64,000 nucleotides of DNA. Origin: a virus. Its lineage: Duplodnaviria; Caudoviricetes. Numbering within the stretch: the stretch's first letter is position 1; the number at the start of each line of letters is the position of its first letter. A program made the translations under genes and the position numbers. The notes under the pieces are model-generated. The model was given only the letters and a program-made list of their open reading frames with translations. It ran no database searches and had not been told where the DNA came from. The stretch is from positions 1 through 64,000 of the IMG/VR virus record IMGVR_UViG_3300020050_015887. One strand, written 5' to 3'. Shown piece by piece: positions 30,052 through 39,726 of the stretch.

Positions 30052-31527
30052 ATGAATTTTTATCAAGACATGATTGCAAAATATCCAGATCTTAAAGAAC
30101 AAGTTGACCGTTTAAAAAGATCTAAAGAAGCTGAAATATTAGAACCGACTTCTATGCGTGACATGGAAGATCCAACTGGAAAATTTGCTACTCAATTATC
30201 AGATTCAGAAATGCCTAGCACTTTTGTTGTTGCACCAGAAAGCACACCAAAACGTCCAGATTCAGGGTTTTTACCTGAACAAGCTGGTCCTTCTCGTCCA
30301 AGCCCTATTGCTGATTTTTTAGGAAATAGAGAACAAATTGATTTAAAACCTAGTGAGTTTGCTGGTGCTGGTGACAAAGCTTTAGCACAATTACCACCTA
30401 AACAAGACATTGTTTCTTTAGCAAAGGAAATGGCTTTATCAAAAAAACTACCAGAAGAATCATTTACAGCTAAGCCTGCTATGATGGTTCCACCTTTGAT
30501 TGAACCAAAGGCACAACAACTAGAATTAGACACCAATGACACTTTAGGTACTGTTGAAAATTTAAGAGAAGCTCAAGATAAAGCAAATGAAATTCGCAGT
30601 ATGGCTGGTTATGCACAAGCTTTTGACCGTATTGGTTCTGGTATTGCCGGAAGAAAACCAACAGATCCACAACATTTTAAAGACATGGAAAAAGATGCAG
30701 CATTGCCTGAACAACAATTAGAGGCATTGGTACAACAAGAAAAGAAAGACCCTAAGAGTGGTATTTCTAAAGGGTTTACATCTTATCTTAAACAATTTGG
30801 GGTTGATATTAAGGGCGGAATTTCTGCCGAAGTTGCAGCAACTATGCTTCCTACTATTTATAAGCAATATGAAGACAAGATTAAACTTGCCCATGATGAA
30901 AAAATTAAGGGAATGGAAATTGCTTCTAAAGAAAAAATTGAATCTGAAAAGGGCAATCTTAAAAAATCTATTGCTCAAATTGTTGCAGATAATAAAAAGG
31001 GCGCAAAGGAAAACGAATTTACTAAAACTCGTGAAAGAGAAACAGCTAAGCGATTAACTAAGTGGTCACTTGGTGAAAACAAGATGATTAGATCCGATAT
31101 TGATAAGTTAAAAGAAGTTGAAGCTAAACTAGAAGCAGCAGTTAAACAAGGTAAGGGTAATTATACAGGTCCAATTAAGGGTAATATCCCAGGACAATCT
31201 ATTTTTAATCCTGCCGGTCAAGAATTAGCTAACAGTGTTGGTTCAGTTACTCAAAAGAACTTACGTGAAATTTTGGGCGGCCAGTTTGCACAAAAAGAAG
31301 GTGAGCAACTATTAAAACGTGCATACGAGCCAGGTAAAGATGAAAAATATAACCTAGAACGTATTCGTCAACTAAGAACCGCAATGGAACAAGCCGCCGA
31401 TGCTAAAGACGAACAACTTGCTTACCTAGAAGAACATGAAGGTAACATGAAAGGATTTCGTACTGTGGCCAAAGAAAAAACCATGGACGACGAATTCAAA
31501 GATTTAGGATTTGAAGCTGATGAATAA
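30052..31527 (+). CDS. putative internal virion (ejection) protein
   Basis: ATG 30052 follows the previous stop; Pro-rich N-terminus, helical C-terminus. Confidence 0.55.
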   Translation: MNFYQDMIAKYPDLKEQVDRLKRSKEAEILEPTSMRDMEDPTGKFATQLSDSEMPSTFVVAPESTPKRPDSGFLPEQAGPSRPSPIADFLGNREQIDLKPSEFAGAGDKALAQLPPKQDIVSLAKEMALSKKLPEESFTAKPAMMVPPLIEPKAQQLELDTNDTLGTVENLREAQDKANEIRSMAGYAQAFDRIGSGIAGRKPTDPQHFKDMEKDAALPEQQLEALVQQEKKDPKSGISKGFTSYLKQFGVDIKGGISAEVAATMLPTIYKQYEDKIKLAHDEKIKGMEIASKEKIESEKGNLKKSIAQIVADNKKGAKENEFTKTRERETAKRLTKWSLGENKMIRSDIDKLKEVEAKLEAAVKQGKGNYTGPIKGNIPGQSIFNPAGQELANSVGSVTQKNLREILGGQFAQKEGEQLLKRAYEPGKDEKYNLERIRQLRTAMEQAADAKDEQLAYLEEHEGNMKGFRTVAKEKTMDDEFKDLGFEADE

Positions 31528-33415
31528 AGTAAGAGTAAAATTACCTTCCGGTAAAACAGGAAGTATTCCTGAAGAAAGTTTACCAGATGCCCTTAAAAAG
31601 GGTGCTGTTCGTCTTGATGAGAATACTCCCGTTGGTTCTTCTACAATGGCAATGCCACAAGAAGACTATACAACAATGGATAGCATTAAAGACGGTGCAG
31701 TTGATGCTAGCAGAGGATTAGCTCAAGGTATGACCATGGGTTTTTCTGATGAGCTTACTGCCGGAATGCGTGCTTTATTAAATAAGAAAAAAGAACAAAG
31801 TTTAAAGGATGCTTATAATGCAAATTTACAAGAAGAACGCACCGCTCTACACGAAAGCAGTGAACGTTCTCCTTGGGTTTATGGTGCAAGTGATATTGCT
31901 GGAAGCGTATTGCCTGCAATTGCTTCTGGTGGTGCTTCTTTATTGCCATTGGCAGGTAAAGAAAGTTTACGACAAGTTTTAAAACGTGGCGGAGCTAAAG
32001 CCTTAACCAGTGAATTAGGCACTATTGCTGCCGGAAGTGGTGCAGCAGGTGGTGTAGAAGCTTTGGGACGCTCAGAAGGTACCACAAACGACGCTATAGC
32101 TAAAGATGTTATGGGTGGTATTGCATTGGGTGCTGTTGCTGGTCCTACGTTTAAAGCTGGAAGCGATTTAATGGGTGTTGGAGTTCAACAGGCTAAAGGA
32201 TTGCTTGGCGGCGGAGATCCTACAAAACAAGCTCCATTCGTAGCTCAAGTAGGTAAAGCTTTTCAACAAGGTAAAGAAGGTAAAAATATTAGTGAAGCCT
32301 TAATTGACCAAGAACGTATTGGTGCTGAACAAATTGGACACGTAAAAGATATTGCTGGTCGTTTTAGAACTGCTGAAGACAAAATTGCTCAAGAAGGTAA
32401 AGACATGCTAGAAATGGCTAGTGTTGATAAAAAGAATTTTATTAATATTAGACCTGATGTTGACGAAATTGCCGCAAGCGTAGAAGGGTTAGTACGTTCT
32501 CAACCTCATTTGGGTTCATTAAAAGAAATTAAACAATTAAGAGATAGACTTAGTAAAGTATATAGCGTTGTAAGTCCTCAAGAAGCTGTTAATTTACAGA
32601 AAGACATTGCTAAAATTGCGTCTAGATCAACCAATCAAGAAGTTAAAGCTGTTGCTAATGAACTAGCCGATAGACTTGAAAAACAAGTTGATGAAGTTGT
32701 TCCTGGTTTAAAACAAACCAACCAAGCATTAAATGATTTTAAATATGCTGGTAGTGAAACTATCACTTCCAAAGGACTACCAAGAGAAATGCGTGCTAAT
32801 GTTGGTCCAGGCGTTACAGAAGAAAAACTAGGCGAATCAATTACCGACTTATTATCCAATTTACGTACACCTGGTAATAGCAAAGCTGACAGTGTTAGAA
32901 CCTTTGCTGAATTAAAGCGTCAATTAGAAATTTATAATAATAAATATCCCGGTAAATTAGAAAAACTAGGTATTGATATTGATGATTTAGAAAATGCAAT
33001 TGTTGATAAAGCGGATGAATTTGCTATTACACGTCAAGCATTGGGTTCTGAACCTAGAGGCGCTGGACTTGCACGTTCTGCAACTACTGGTTTAATTGGT
33101 AGCTTAGCTGCTGCCGGTAGAGGTAAGATTGTTGGCGCCGCTAACATTGCTGGTGGTATCACTAAAAAAGTGGCTGAGAGTGCTCCAGCTAAAACAAGTC
33201 AGTTTTTATACCAAAAGAGTGGCGACCAGTTGAGAGGCTTAGCAGATAAACTAATGAATTCTAATAACTCACAAGCACAATATGTTGCTCAATCATTGGT
33301 TAAAGCTCTAGATGATAAAAACATGATTGCAAAAAATGCTGCGTTATTTAATATTTTACAAAACCCCGAACTAAGAGACATGATTAAAGATGACTTGGGA
33401 TTATTAGAAGAATAA
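31520..33415 (+). CDS. putative internal virion (ejection) protein
   Basis: RGLAQGMTMGFSDELTAG motif and Gly/Ala-rich membrane-active segments; ATGA overlap at 31520. Confidence 0.6.
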   Translation: MNKVRVKLPSGKTGSIPEESLPDALKKGAVRLDENTPVGSSTMAMPQEDYTTMDSIKDGAVDASRGLAQGMTMGFSDELTAGMRALLNKKKEQSLKDAYNANLQEERTALHESSERSPWVYGASDIAGSVLPAIASGGASLLPLAGKESLRQVLKRGGAKALTSELGTIAAGSGAAGGVEALGRSEGTTNDAIAKDVMGGIALGAVAGPTFKAGSDLMGVGVQQAKGLLGGGDPTKQAPFVAQVGKAFQQGKEGKNISEALIDQERIGAEQIGHVKDIAGRFRTAEDKIAQEGKDMLEMASVDKKNFINIRPDVDEIAASVEGLVRSQPHLGSLKEIKQLRDRLSKVYSVVSPQEAVNLQKDIAKIASRSTNQEVKAVANELADRLEKQVDEVVPGLKQTNQALNDFKYAGSETITSKGLPREMRANVGPGVTEEKLGESITDLLSNLRTPGNSKADSVRTFAELKRQLEIYNNKYPGKLEKLGIDIDDLENAIVDKADEFAITRQALGSEPRGAGLARSATTGLIGSLAAAGRGKIVGAANIAGGITKKVAESAPAKTSQFLYQKSGDQLRGLADKLMNSNNSQAQYVAQSLVKALDDKNMIAKNAALFNILQNPELRDMIKDDLGLLEE

Positions 33416-33416
33416 T

Positions 33417-33710
33417 ATGGATATTGAAGATAAATTTACACGTATTGACAATAAACTAGATAAAATGCAAGATAATTTGCATTCTATTGATAAAACATTA
33501 GTTGCTCAACACGAGAATTTAAAACTTCATATCAAAAGAACCGATTTATTAGAAAATCACGTTCAAACTTTAGAAAAACAAATTAAACCAATTAGTGACC
33601 ACGTTTTAAAAGTTAATTTTATCTTCACTTTAATTGGCGGAATATCTATTGGTGTTGGTATTATTGTTGGTGTTACTCAAATTGTAGAATTTTTCTCTAA
33701 ACTACCCTAA
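33417..33710 (+). CDS. XhlA/hemolysin-like holin candidate
   Basis: N-terminal coiled coil plus C-terminal TM helix (FIFTLIGGISIGVGIIVGV). Confidence 0.55.
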   Translation: MDIEDKFTRIDNKLDKMQDNLHSIDKTLVAQHENLKLHIKRTDLLENHVQTLEKQIKPISDHVLKVNFIFTLIGGISIGVGIIVGVTQIVEFFSKLP

Positions 33711-34061
33711 CTATTTCTTAGGTTTTTTAGATCTTCCTTTTCCCATCTTTCCCCAAATTGTATGCATATTATCATTTGTCAGGGCATCTGTATGGATGTC
33801 ATTTAAACTATCCATTTTTCCAGCTGCTTTATTACGAGAATGAATGTCTCGATTACGGGCATTGTTACGGTCTTCACAATCTTTTTTAAGAGAAGGGGTA
33901 TTGTGAATAATCTTACCACCGTGTTTAAAGTTTGCATGAATATACTCTTGTATAAATCCATGCATAAAAGCTTTTTCTTCAGGATTAAGTTTTTCTAGAT
34001 AATCAAAATCCATTTCCTCCAACCGGTTCCTCACCGGACGAGACTTTTTCTTCTTCGACAT
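33711..34061 (-). CDS. hypothetical protein
   Basis: ORF track; its stop abuts the stop of the last + strand gene. Confidence 0.6.
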   Translation of the reverse strand: MSKKKKSRPVRNRLEEMDFDYLEKLNPEEKAFMHGFIQEYIHANFKHGGKIIHNTPSLKKDCEDRNNARNRDIHSRNKAAGKMDSLNDIHTDALTNDNMHTIWGKMGKGRSKKPKK

Positions 34062-34644
34062 TGGTTTCCTTTAATTTAACCTCACTTGTTAGTTGTTTAA
34101 TAGCATACTCTTTTTCATTAAACTTATTAAATCGATTTTGAAAGTATAAGTCACACATATACATAACATTTTGATGCGATTCAATAGGGTCAATCCTTTT
34201 ATAAAGCTGTAATAATACATTAAATGGTGTCCAAGTTTTGCCTTGGGTGATGTTATTATCTGCTAACATCTTTTCAAATTTTTCTTGAAACACAGTGTTT
34301 TTATGACGTTTCATTTCTTTAGGCGGCGGTGCAATCTCAATAACCTTTTTGGTTAGATTGGAAATTGAAAGATTGATAGAATAGAACGGTTGTTTGTTCT
34401 TATTCTCATATGGATATAACCGATTCATTTCTGTAAAAAACTCATCTTGTTGGATTTTAGTCTTAGACCAGGCTTGGTAGATCTGGTGAAGGTATTTACC
34501 TGACACCTTATTATCACCAATTTCTAGATTAAACGTAGAAGCAAAAAGGATAATGTCGTTATTAAACACTTCCTTTTGGTCATTTTGAAGAGTAAGCTCT
34601 AATAGTTCTTCATCTGTTAGTTTGTGTGGGGATTTATCACTCAC
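34003..34644 (-). CDS. hypothetical protein (possible DNA-binding)
   Basis: GTG start, 213 aa. Confidence 0.55.
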   Translation of the reverse strand: MSDKSPHKLTDEELLELTLQNDQKEVFNNDIILFASTFNLEIGDNKVSGKYLHQIYQAWSKTKIQQDEFFTEMNRLYPYENKNKQPFYSINLSISNLTKKVIEIAPPPKEMKRHKNTVFQEKFEKMLADNNITQGKTWTPFNVLLQLYKRIDPIESHQNVMYMCDLYFQNRFNKFNEKEYAIKQLTSEVKLKETNVEEEKVSSGEEPVGGNGF

Positions 34645-35097
34645 TTAAACTTTCTTTAAATGGTCTAAAACTTGCTGAGAGGTACCTGAGTAGCACCCCC
34701 ACTCTTTGGCACGCTTCTTGAACGTTTCTAGGCGGGTTAAATGACCTTTTGGAATGGGCTTACTGTCCCTTGATTCATATCGTTTTGTATGAGTTTCTAG
34801 GGTTTCAATAATAAACACTGGCACTACGGTTAAACCGGCTTTTTCTAGGGGTTCTTTAATTTCGCTAATGCTGAAAGGTGCTTCAGCCAATAACTTATTA
34901 TTTGTGTCAGAAGCTTTAATAATAGCTTTGACATAATCGGCATTCTGGGTTTTGGTGATGTTATTATCGTGGGCAACGTATTTAAACTTATCTTTAAGTT
35001 GGTCGCACACCCATGACTTACCACTACCGGGAATACCACAAACTAGGTAAACAGTTGCTTTAGGTGTTTTTTTAAACACCTTAATAAAATTAGACAT
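34645..35097 (-). CDS. P-loop nucleotide kinase (AAA_33-like)
   Basis: VCGIPGSGKS Walker A; ATG 35097 (MSNFIK) overlaps the upstream stop. Confidence 0.75.
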   Translation of the reverse strand: MSNFIKVFKKTPKATVYLVCGIPGSGKSWVCDQLKDKFKYVAHDNNITKTQNADYVKAIIKASDTNNKLLAEAPFSISEIKEPLEKAGLTVVPVFIIETLETHTKRYESRDSKPIPKGHLTRLETFKKRAKEWGCYSGTSQQVLDHLKKV

Positions 35098-35608
35098 TAA
35101 TATGTTTCCATGTTTTATTAGTAATAATGCGCGCAATTGTTGTTTTGTGAACATTATATATATTTGCAATTTTTTGATAACTTAACTGGTTATTTTTATA
35201 TAGATTTTTAATATTTAAAATATCTTTATTTAAAAAATTAGTTAAGGAATGATTTTCTCCGTAATTTTTCATTAGTCCAATTTTAAAGGCGTGTTGTGTA
35301 TTTTTTTTAGAAGAACACCATTCTAAATTTGTTACTTTGTTATTTTGTTTATTACCATCTATATGATTTACGGTTAAACTTAAATCATCATTTGAAATAA
35401 ATGTTAAAGCGACAAGCCTATGTATAGTTTTAGTTTGTCTTTTATTGTGACCATATAGTGTAACAATTGGATAATGGTACGAATCAAACCCCGGTTTTAA
35501 AATTCGTTTTTGTTTTTTACCTTTTCTAAATAAAGAAATAATTCTTCCGTGATTTGATATTAAATATCGATCTTCATATCCTTTAAGTTTTTTCCAAATT
35601 TCTTTCAT
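35090..35608 (-). CDS. NUMOD4-HNH homing endonuclease
   Basis: EIWKKLKGYEDRYLISNHGRI (NUMOD4); HRLVA..F...VNHIDGNKQNNKVTNLEW (HNH); C-terminal HTH. Confidence 0.88.
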   Translation of the reverse strand: MKEIWKKLKGYEDRYLISNHGRIISLFRKGKKQKRILKPGFDSYHYPIVTLYGHNKRQTKTIHRLVALTFISNDDLSLTVNHIDGNKQNNKVTNLEWCSSKKNTQHAFKIGLMKNYGENHSLTNFLNKDILNIKNLYKNNQLSYQKIANIYNVHKTTIARIITNKTWKHINV

Positions 35609-35982
35609 TTATTTACAGCTTTAAATACTAAAATAGTTGAAATTGTTCCTAGCGCAAACCAAGCAAACCGTTCGACGTTACTCATACTTTGAGCACTAGA
35701 CAATGATTTTGCCAAACTATCCGTGTGCTCAAGCAAAATTTTAGTCTTTGATTGTTCTATTGTATACAAATCTTGCATAGAAGTCAAGGATTTTTTATAT
35801 GATTCGTTTAATTTTTGTTCAGTTTCTAAATCGATAAGTTTGTTTCTGATTTCTTTTGTCTTGTCAATGCTAAACACCCATGAATCTTGGGGTAGTACGT
35901 GGCCTTTCTGGGCCAGATATGGGTCTGTTTCTGCTAACAGTAGGGAAGGGATTAATAATAATAATAAAATTAATTTATTCAT
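35605..35982 (-). CDS. signal-peptide protein with coiled coil and C-terminal TM (spanin-like candidate)
   Basis: MNKLILLLLLIPSLLLA signal; FAWFALGTISTILVF TM. Confidence 0.5.
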   Translation of the reverse strand: MNKLILLLLLIPSLLLAETDPYLAQKGHVLPQDSWVFSIDKTKEIRNKLIDLETEQKLNESYKKSLTSMQDLYTIEQSKTKILLEHTDSLAKSLSSAQSMSNVERFAWFALGTISTILVFKAVNK

Positions 35983-36227
35983 TTCATTTTCCTTTTTCGT
36001 CTTTCTCTTAATTTTTTAGACCGATAGATACCCAATGCAATAGACGTGTACATCATTCGACGTAACTCAAGAGATTTTAGTGTTGTGCGAATTTTATTAA
36101 ATTTTGTATAATAAAACAATCTTACAAATAAAGGAAAATTTTTAAGTTTATTTAATAACATTTTATGTCGTCTATCAAATTGTAAGGCTTTATTAATAAA
36201 TTTATTATATAAATCTTTCTCGTTCAT
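35979..36227 (-). CDS. basic hypothetical protein
   Basis: ATGA overlaps at both ends. Confidence 0.55.
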   Translation of the reverse strand: MNEKDLYNKFINKALQFDRRHKMLLNKLKNFPLFVRLFYYTKFNKIRTTLKSLELRRMMYTSIALGIYRSKKLRERRKRKMK

Positions 36228-36445
36228 ACCTTCTTATATAATTTAGATACTTGTTGAATTTCTGGGGTTACACCACTTGATGCTTCAAACACCGTTACGG
36301 TGGTAAGTTTACCGTTAACACCGGCAAACAATAGATTAATTTTGCTATTATTAAAAGCGTCTTTATGAATTTCAATATCAAAACCTTCAAGAGTAGAAGG
36401 CACTTGTTCAATGGCTAGTTTAATATCTGCTAGTTTTACTCTCAT
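36224..36445 (-). CDS. hypothetical protein
   Basis: ORF track; ATGA overlap. Confidence 0.55.
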   Translation of the reverse strand: MRVKLADIKLAIEQVPSTLEGFDIEIHKDAFNNSKINLLFAGVNGKLTTVTVFEASSGVTPEIQQVSKLYKKV

Positions 36446-36454
36446 TGTAATGCT

Positions 36455-36706
36455 TTATTTAAAGTCTTCGGGCTTAACGTCTTGTTGTTTGCGGTTAAAC
36501 GCCTGTTCAGATTCATATGTACGAATAAGTTCTTCTACAGCAAGCGTCTGTTGAGATTTAATCTTTTCCTGGTCTAGAGTTAAAAGTTTTTCTTTAGTAG
36601 CTTGATTGGTTAATAACGCTTCTGCGGTTTTACGTTTACCATTAATAAACCACAATCCACCAGTTAATAATACAACCAATCCACCTAATGCTGTTAATAA
36701 ATCCAT
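36455..36706 (-). CDS. N-terminal TM plus coiled-coil protein (lysis accessory candidate)
   Basis: MDLLTALGGLVVLLTGGLWF TM. Confidence 0.55.
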   Translation of the reverse strand: MDLLTALGGLVVLLTGGLWFINGKRKTAEALLTNQATKEKLLTLDQEKIKSQQTLAVEELIRTYESEQAFNRKQQDVKPEDFK

Positions 36707-36879
36707 TAAAATCTTTCTTTTTCAGAAGCCGTTACACAATAAACTTCTTTGGTATTATAAAAGTTTTTATTATTTTCTATAATAATTTGTTTAAATTTTA
36801 AACATTCTTCTTTTGAATCAACCGGGGTATAAACAACGTTACCGTTTAATGATACCATTACTAGTAATAAAAAAACCAT
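36706..36879 (-). CDS. small secreted/membrane protein (57 aa)
   Basis: Read by eye: MVFLLLVMVSLNG...EKERF; TAATG overlaps. Confidence 0.5.
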   Translation of the reverse strand: MVFLLLVMVSLNGNVVYTPVDSKEECLKFKQIIIENNKNFYNTKEVYCVTASEKERF

Positions 36880-37019
36880 TATCGCTTTCTTTTTTGTTTC
36901 TTTTTCTTTGGTTTTTTAAATATAATATTTCTTTCTTCTTTACAAAAAGAACAAAGTCTAGCCTCTGAACCATGAGGAGTATCACACGTACATCCTGTAT
37001 TGTCTGGGTACCAGCCCAT
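36879..37019 (-). CDS. small Cys-rich basic peptide (46 aa)
   Basis: Read by eye: MGWYPDNTGCTCDTPHG...CSFC...KKQKRKR; AGGAG RBS. Confidence 0.55.
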   Translation of the reverse strand: MGWYPDNTGCTCDTPHGSEARLCSFCKEERNIIFKKPKKKKQKRKR

Positions 37020-37093
37020 TATTTTCTCCTTTTAGATTTAGCTTTTTTAAAATCTATTACGTTACCTTTGTACGTAGGTTTAGAATTAATTAT

Positions 37094-37122
37094 ATTATAC
37101 ACGCATACACCAAAAAAAGCAA
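37094..37122 (-). promoter_or_regulatory. sigma70-like promoter
   Basis: TTGCTT-17 nt-TATAAT with TG upstream of the -10. Confidence 0.6.
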
Positions 37123-37157
37123 CAAAAAAGATTATAATAAGGTCACTATAGCCCATA

Positions 37158-37448
37158 TTATTCTTTCTTTTCTTCTACGGTTACGTCTGTGGTTTTACCC
37201 TTAACCCCAACACGGCGTGACCAATACAAGCTAGCGCACACACCAAATAATACAATAGATTGGTCTAAATCAATACCACCTAGATAACCAGAAATTTTAC
37301 CAATTAACCCAATAACAACAATATTAAAGCTAATAAATGTTAATGTTAAAGAAACGCTAGGTAATTGAGATAACGGATCTTTTAGAACGGGCAAGGGAAA
37401 TCCCTTACTGTTTAATTTTTCTAGCAAGTCTTTTAGTTGCTCTAGCAT
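37158..37448 (-). CDS. holin-like two-TM membrane protein
   Basis: DP...SVSLTLTFISFNIVVIG and IVLFGVCASLYWSRR; charged C-terminus. Confidence 0.5.
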   Translation of the reverse strand: MLEQLKDLLEKLNSKGFPLPVLKDPLSQLPSVSLTLTFISFNIVVIGLIGKISGYLGGIDLDQSIVLFGVCASLYWSRRVGVKGKTTDVTVEEKKE

Positions 37449-37899
37449 TTTTCTTTCCTTTAGTTTTCTTTTCTAATCTTTGTAATTGTTCTTCTGTAAA
37501 TTGTTTTGATTGTCGTCTTTGTTCTTGTTCTCTTTTTGTTTTTTCAGCATGACAAGGTTCTTCACAAATAACCGACCATCCACCTTCGTATGGTAAAGCC
37601 CTATCTAAATACTCATTCCAATCCATTCTGGTCGGGTCTTCTTTTCTTTTTAACTGCCTATTAGTTGGAATAATTGGTTCTTGATGATCCAAATTCATTT
37701 GAGAATCCGGTTTAATAACGCCGCAAATTGCACATTTGCTATGCCAAGCCAACCTACCACTTTTAGGATTAATACGTCTGTCTACTCTAGCTGCCTTTTT
37801 AGCATCGTTAGCCGCAGGCCATTTAATAGTGATACGACGTATTTGATTGCGCAACCAATCGTCTCTACGTTGATCTGGAGTTTTTGGAATTCTTTTCAT
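37405..37899 (-). CDS. HNH-family endonuclease
   Basis: CAICG...LDHQEP...ICEEPCHAEKT. Confidence 0.7.
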   Translation of the reverse strand: MKRIPKTPDQRRDDWLRNQIRRITIKWPAANDAKKAARVDRRINPKSGRLAWHSKCAICGVIKPDSQMNLDHQEPIIPTNRQLKRKEDPTRMDWNEYLDRALPYEGGWSVICEEPCHAEKTKREQEQRRQSKQFTEEQLQRLEKKTKGKKNARATKRLARKIKQ

Positions 37900-37901
37900 A
37901 C

Positions 37902-37920
37902 ATATATAAATGTTAATTTA
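37902..37920 (-). promoter_or_regulatory. putative late promoter motif copy
   Basis: taaaTTAACATTTATATAT on the - strand, upstream of the HNH/holin block. Confidence 0.45.
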
Positions 37921-37987
37921 TGTATAAAAAAAAATAAAACCTCTTAAATTTTAATAGTTTAAGGGGTAAATTACAAATTATTATTGG

Positions 37988-38212
37988 TTAATTGTCTATT
38001 AACTTATTAACTGTGTTATTAATTTTTTCTTTCACCCATTCATCGTAATTTATAAAATAAATCATATCCGTTGGAACCATACTACTTATACTGATTTCAA
38101 TGTTCTGAAATTCAAATTCGGCTTTTATTTTTTCTGCATTAACAGGAGCCACCATAATATGAGGACGCATATTTGGTGTAGCAATTGGAATTATAATACA
38201 TTTATTCATCAA
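37988..38212 (-). CDS. C-terminal-motif family protein (INNTVNKLIDN)
   Basis: Shared C-terminal motif. Confidence 0.7.
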   Translation of the reverse strand: MMNKCIIIPIATPNMRPHIMVAPVNAEKIKAEFEFQNIEISISSMVPTDMIYFINYDEWVKEKINNTVNKLIDN

Positions 38213-38402
38213 TTAACTTATTAACATTAGTGTTGATTGTATGTTTTAGCATTTCTTCTTCATACCATTCATTAAACACCGTCCAAAACCCGCTTTTTGG
38301 TGGTGTACTATAAACTACAATTTGACCAGCACTATTAGACATTGTTTCTTGTGTGATGGTTGTTCCACTATCTATAATATAATATGGTGGTTGTTGTTTC
38401 AT
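38202..38402 (-). CDS. C-terminal-motif family protein (INTNVNKLIDE)
   Basis: Shared C-terminal motif; ATGA overlap. Confidence 0.7.
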   Translation of the reverse strand: MKQQPPYYIIDSGTTITQETMSNSAGQIVVYSTPPKSGFWTVFNEWYEEEMLKHTINTNVNKLIDE

Positions 38403-38698
38403 TTTTCTTCTTTAGTTTTTGTTCGATTATCGCAACCTTCATTTGTACATTTTCTAAAATAACGATTACCCAAAGATACCTTTTCCATATTTCCAACGTG
38501 ACAAACGTAACATATTTTTTTAGCAATCTTTTTAGCTGATACAACCGCTTCCTTTTCCTTATCGTCAAATAAAAACTTATTATATCCTTTGTTAAGTTTT
38601 CTAATGCTAGCAGTTAAACCTTTAATATGGTTTTTAAGTTCTCTATTTTCTCTTTCTAAACGGTCAATGATTTTATCTTCCCGTTCGTATTTTTTCAT
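38399..38698 (-). CDS. coiled-coil plus zinc-ribbon protein
   Basis: CYVC...CTNEGC. Confidence 0.6.
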   Translation of the reverse strand: MKKYEREDKIIDRLERENRELKNHIKGLTASIRKLNKGYNKFLFDDKEKEAVVSAKKIAKKICYVCHVGNMEKVSLGNRYFRKCTNEGCDNRTKTKEEK

Positions 38699-39153
38699 AA
38701 GCCACTACTTCCAAACCCCTTGCTACCACGTTCACTACTCCATAATTCTTCTACTTCTACAATAGGCGGTGTCTCACATTTGTATACAATAAGCTGTGCA
38801 ATACGATCGCCTTTATTAACTTTGTATCCAAGTTTACCTAAACTAAACACATTGTCATATTGTGATTCATTATTAAGATTGTGTAACACTACCCCAATTT
38901 CACCAGTAAACTTAGCATCAATAACTCCAGCACCACTACGCAGCCCTTTCAAAGCCATACTGCTTCTATCACCAATAATACCCACATACCCATCTTCAAT
39001 GTGAATAGCTACACCGGTAGGGATTAAACGAGTTTCACCCAATGGAATAAACATATCTACTAAGCTATAAAGATCGACCCCTGCATCAAAACTGTGATTG
39101 CGTGTAGGCAATGTTGCATATTTATTAATTTTATAAACTTCAATTTTATTCAT
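38695..39153 (-). CDS. dut: trimeric dUTPase
   Basis: DAGVDLYS, GDRSSMA, GVIDAKFTGEI, GDRIAQL, RGSKGFGSSG motifs. Confidence 0.95.
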   Translation of the reverse strand: MNKIEVYKINKYATLPTRNHSFDAGVDLYSLVDMFIPLGETRLIPTGVAIHIEDGYVGIIGDRSSMALKGLRSGAGVIDAKFTGEIGVVLHNLNNESQYDNVFSLGKLGYKVNKGDRIAQLIVYKCETPPIVEVEELWSSERGSKGFGSSGL

Positions 39154-39392
39154 GCTAACACCTTCTCAATATTTTCTTCTACTTCTTTAACAATGGCTGG
39201 TTCAAATCTATTACTTTGAAACCAATGCTCATCACCATAATACAAAAGTTTAAGACCAATTTTATACTCATCACCAGTTGAACTTATCTCATAAACAGGG
39301 TATACTTGACCTGGTTCTAAAAATAAACCTTCATGGTCGTGTTTACATCGAACATAAAATAAAACATCTTTATTGTTTTTTGTATCTGTCAT
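39150..39392 (-). CDS. C-terminal-motif family protein (VEENIEKVLA)
   Basis: Shared motif; paralogous to 39713-39940. Confidence 0.75.
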   Translation of the reverse strand: MTDTKNNKDVLFYVRCKHDHEGLFLEPGQVYPVYEISSTGDEYKIGLKLLYYGDEHWFQSNRFEPAIVKEVEENIEKVLA

Positions 39393-39726
39393 CTTGAGTT
39401 TTATCCCGAATAACGTTTTCTAGTGCCATTAATAAATTAGCTACGGCACAAGCCAAGTGATGCACTGGGCGACCTAGCATTTCCGAACTTTCTTTATCGT
39501 AATCTTCTCCAGCCATAAATTGAAAGATATGTCTTAATGCGCCACCAACGCAACGAGTTGCACTAAGTCCTTGCATGAAATTAAAAGCACCGTATTTGTT
39601 TTTACCAACAAGAAACGGATATCCAACTTCCAACATTGCTAAAGGGGGAAGATAAGCCATAGCTGGTTTTTTATCATCAAACTTCACACCTTTTTTATGC
39701 TTAGTTTTTTTGTTATTCTTTTTCAT
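39370..39726 (-). CDS. DUF5664-like dATP/dGTP diphosphohydrolase
   Basis: GVKFDDKKP..YLPP, GKNKYGAFNF, ALRH, GEDYD.ESS, HHLACAVAN. Confidence 0.8.
   Translation of the reverse strand: MKKNNKKTKHKKGVKFDDKKPAMAYLPPLAMLEVGYPFLVGKNKYGAFNFMQGLSATRCVGGALRHIFQFMAGEDYDKESSEMLGRPVHHLACAVANLLMALENVIRDKTQDDRYKKQ

Noticed and set aside
33700-33720. Convergence point of the two strands as a special site
   Set aside because: Stops abut directly with no hairpin or repeat; nothing further can be supported
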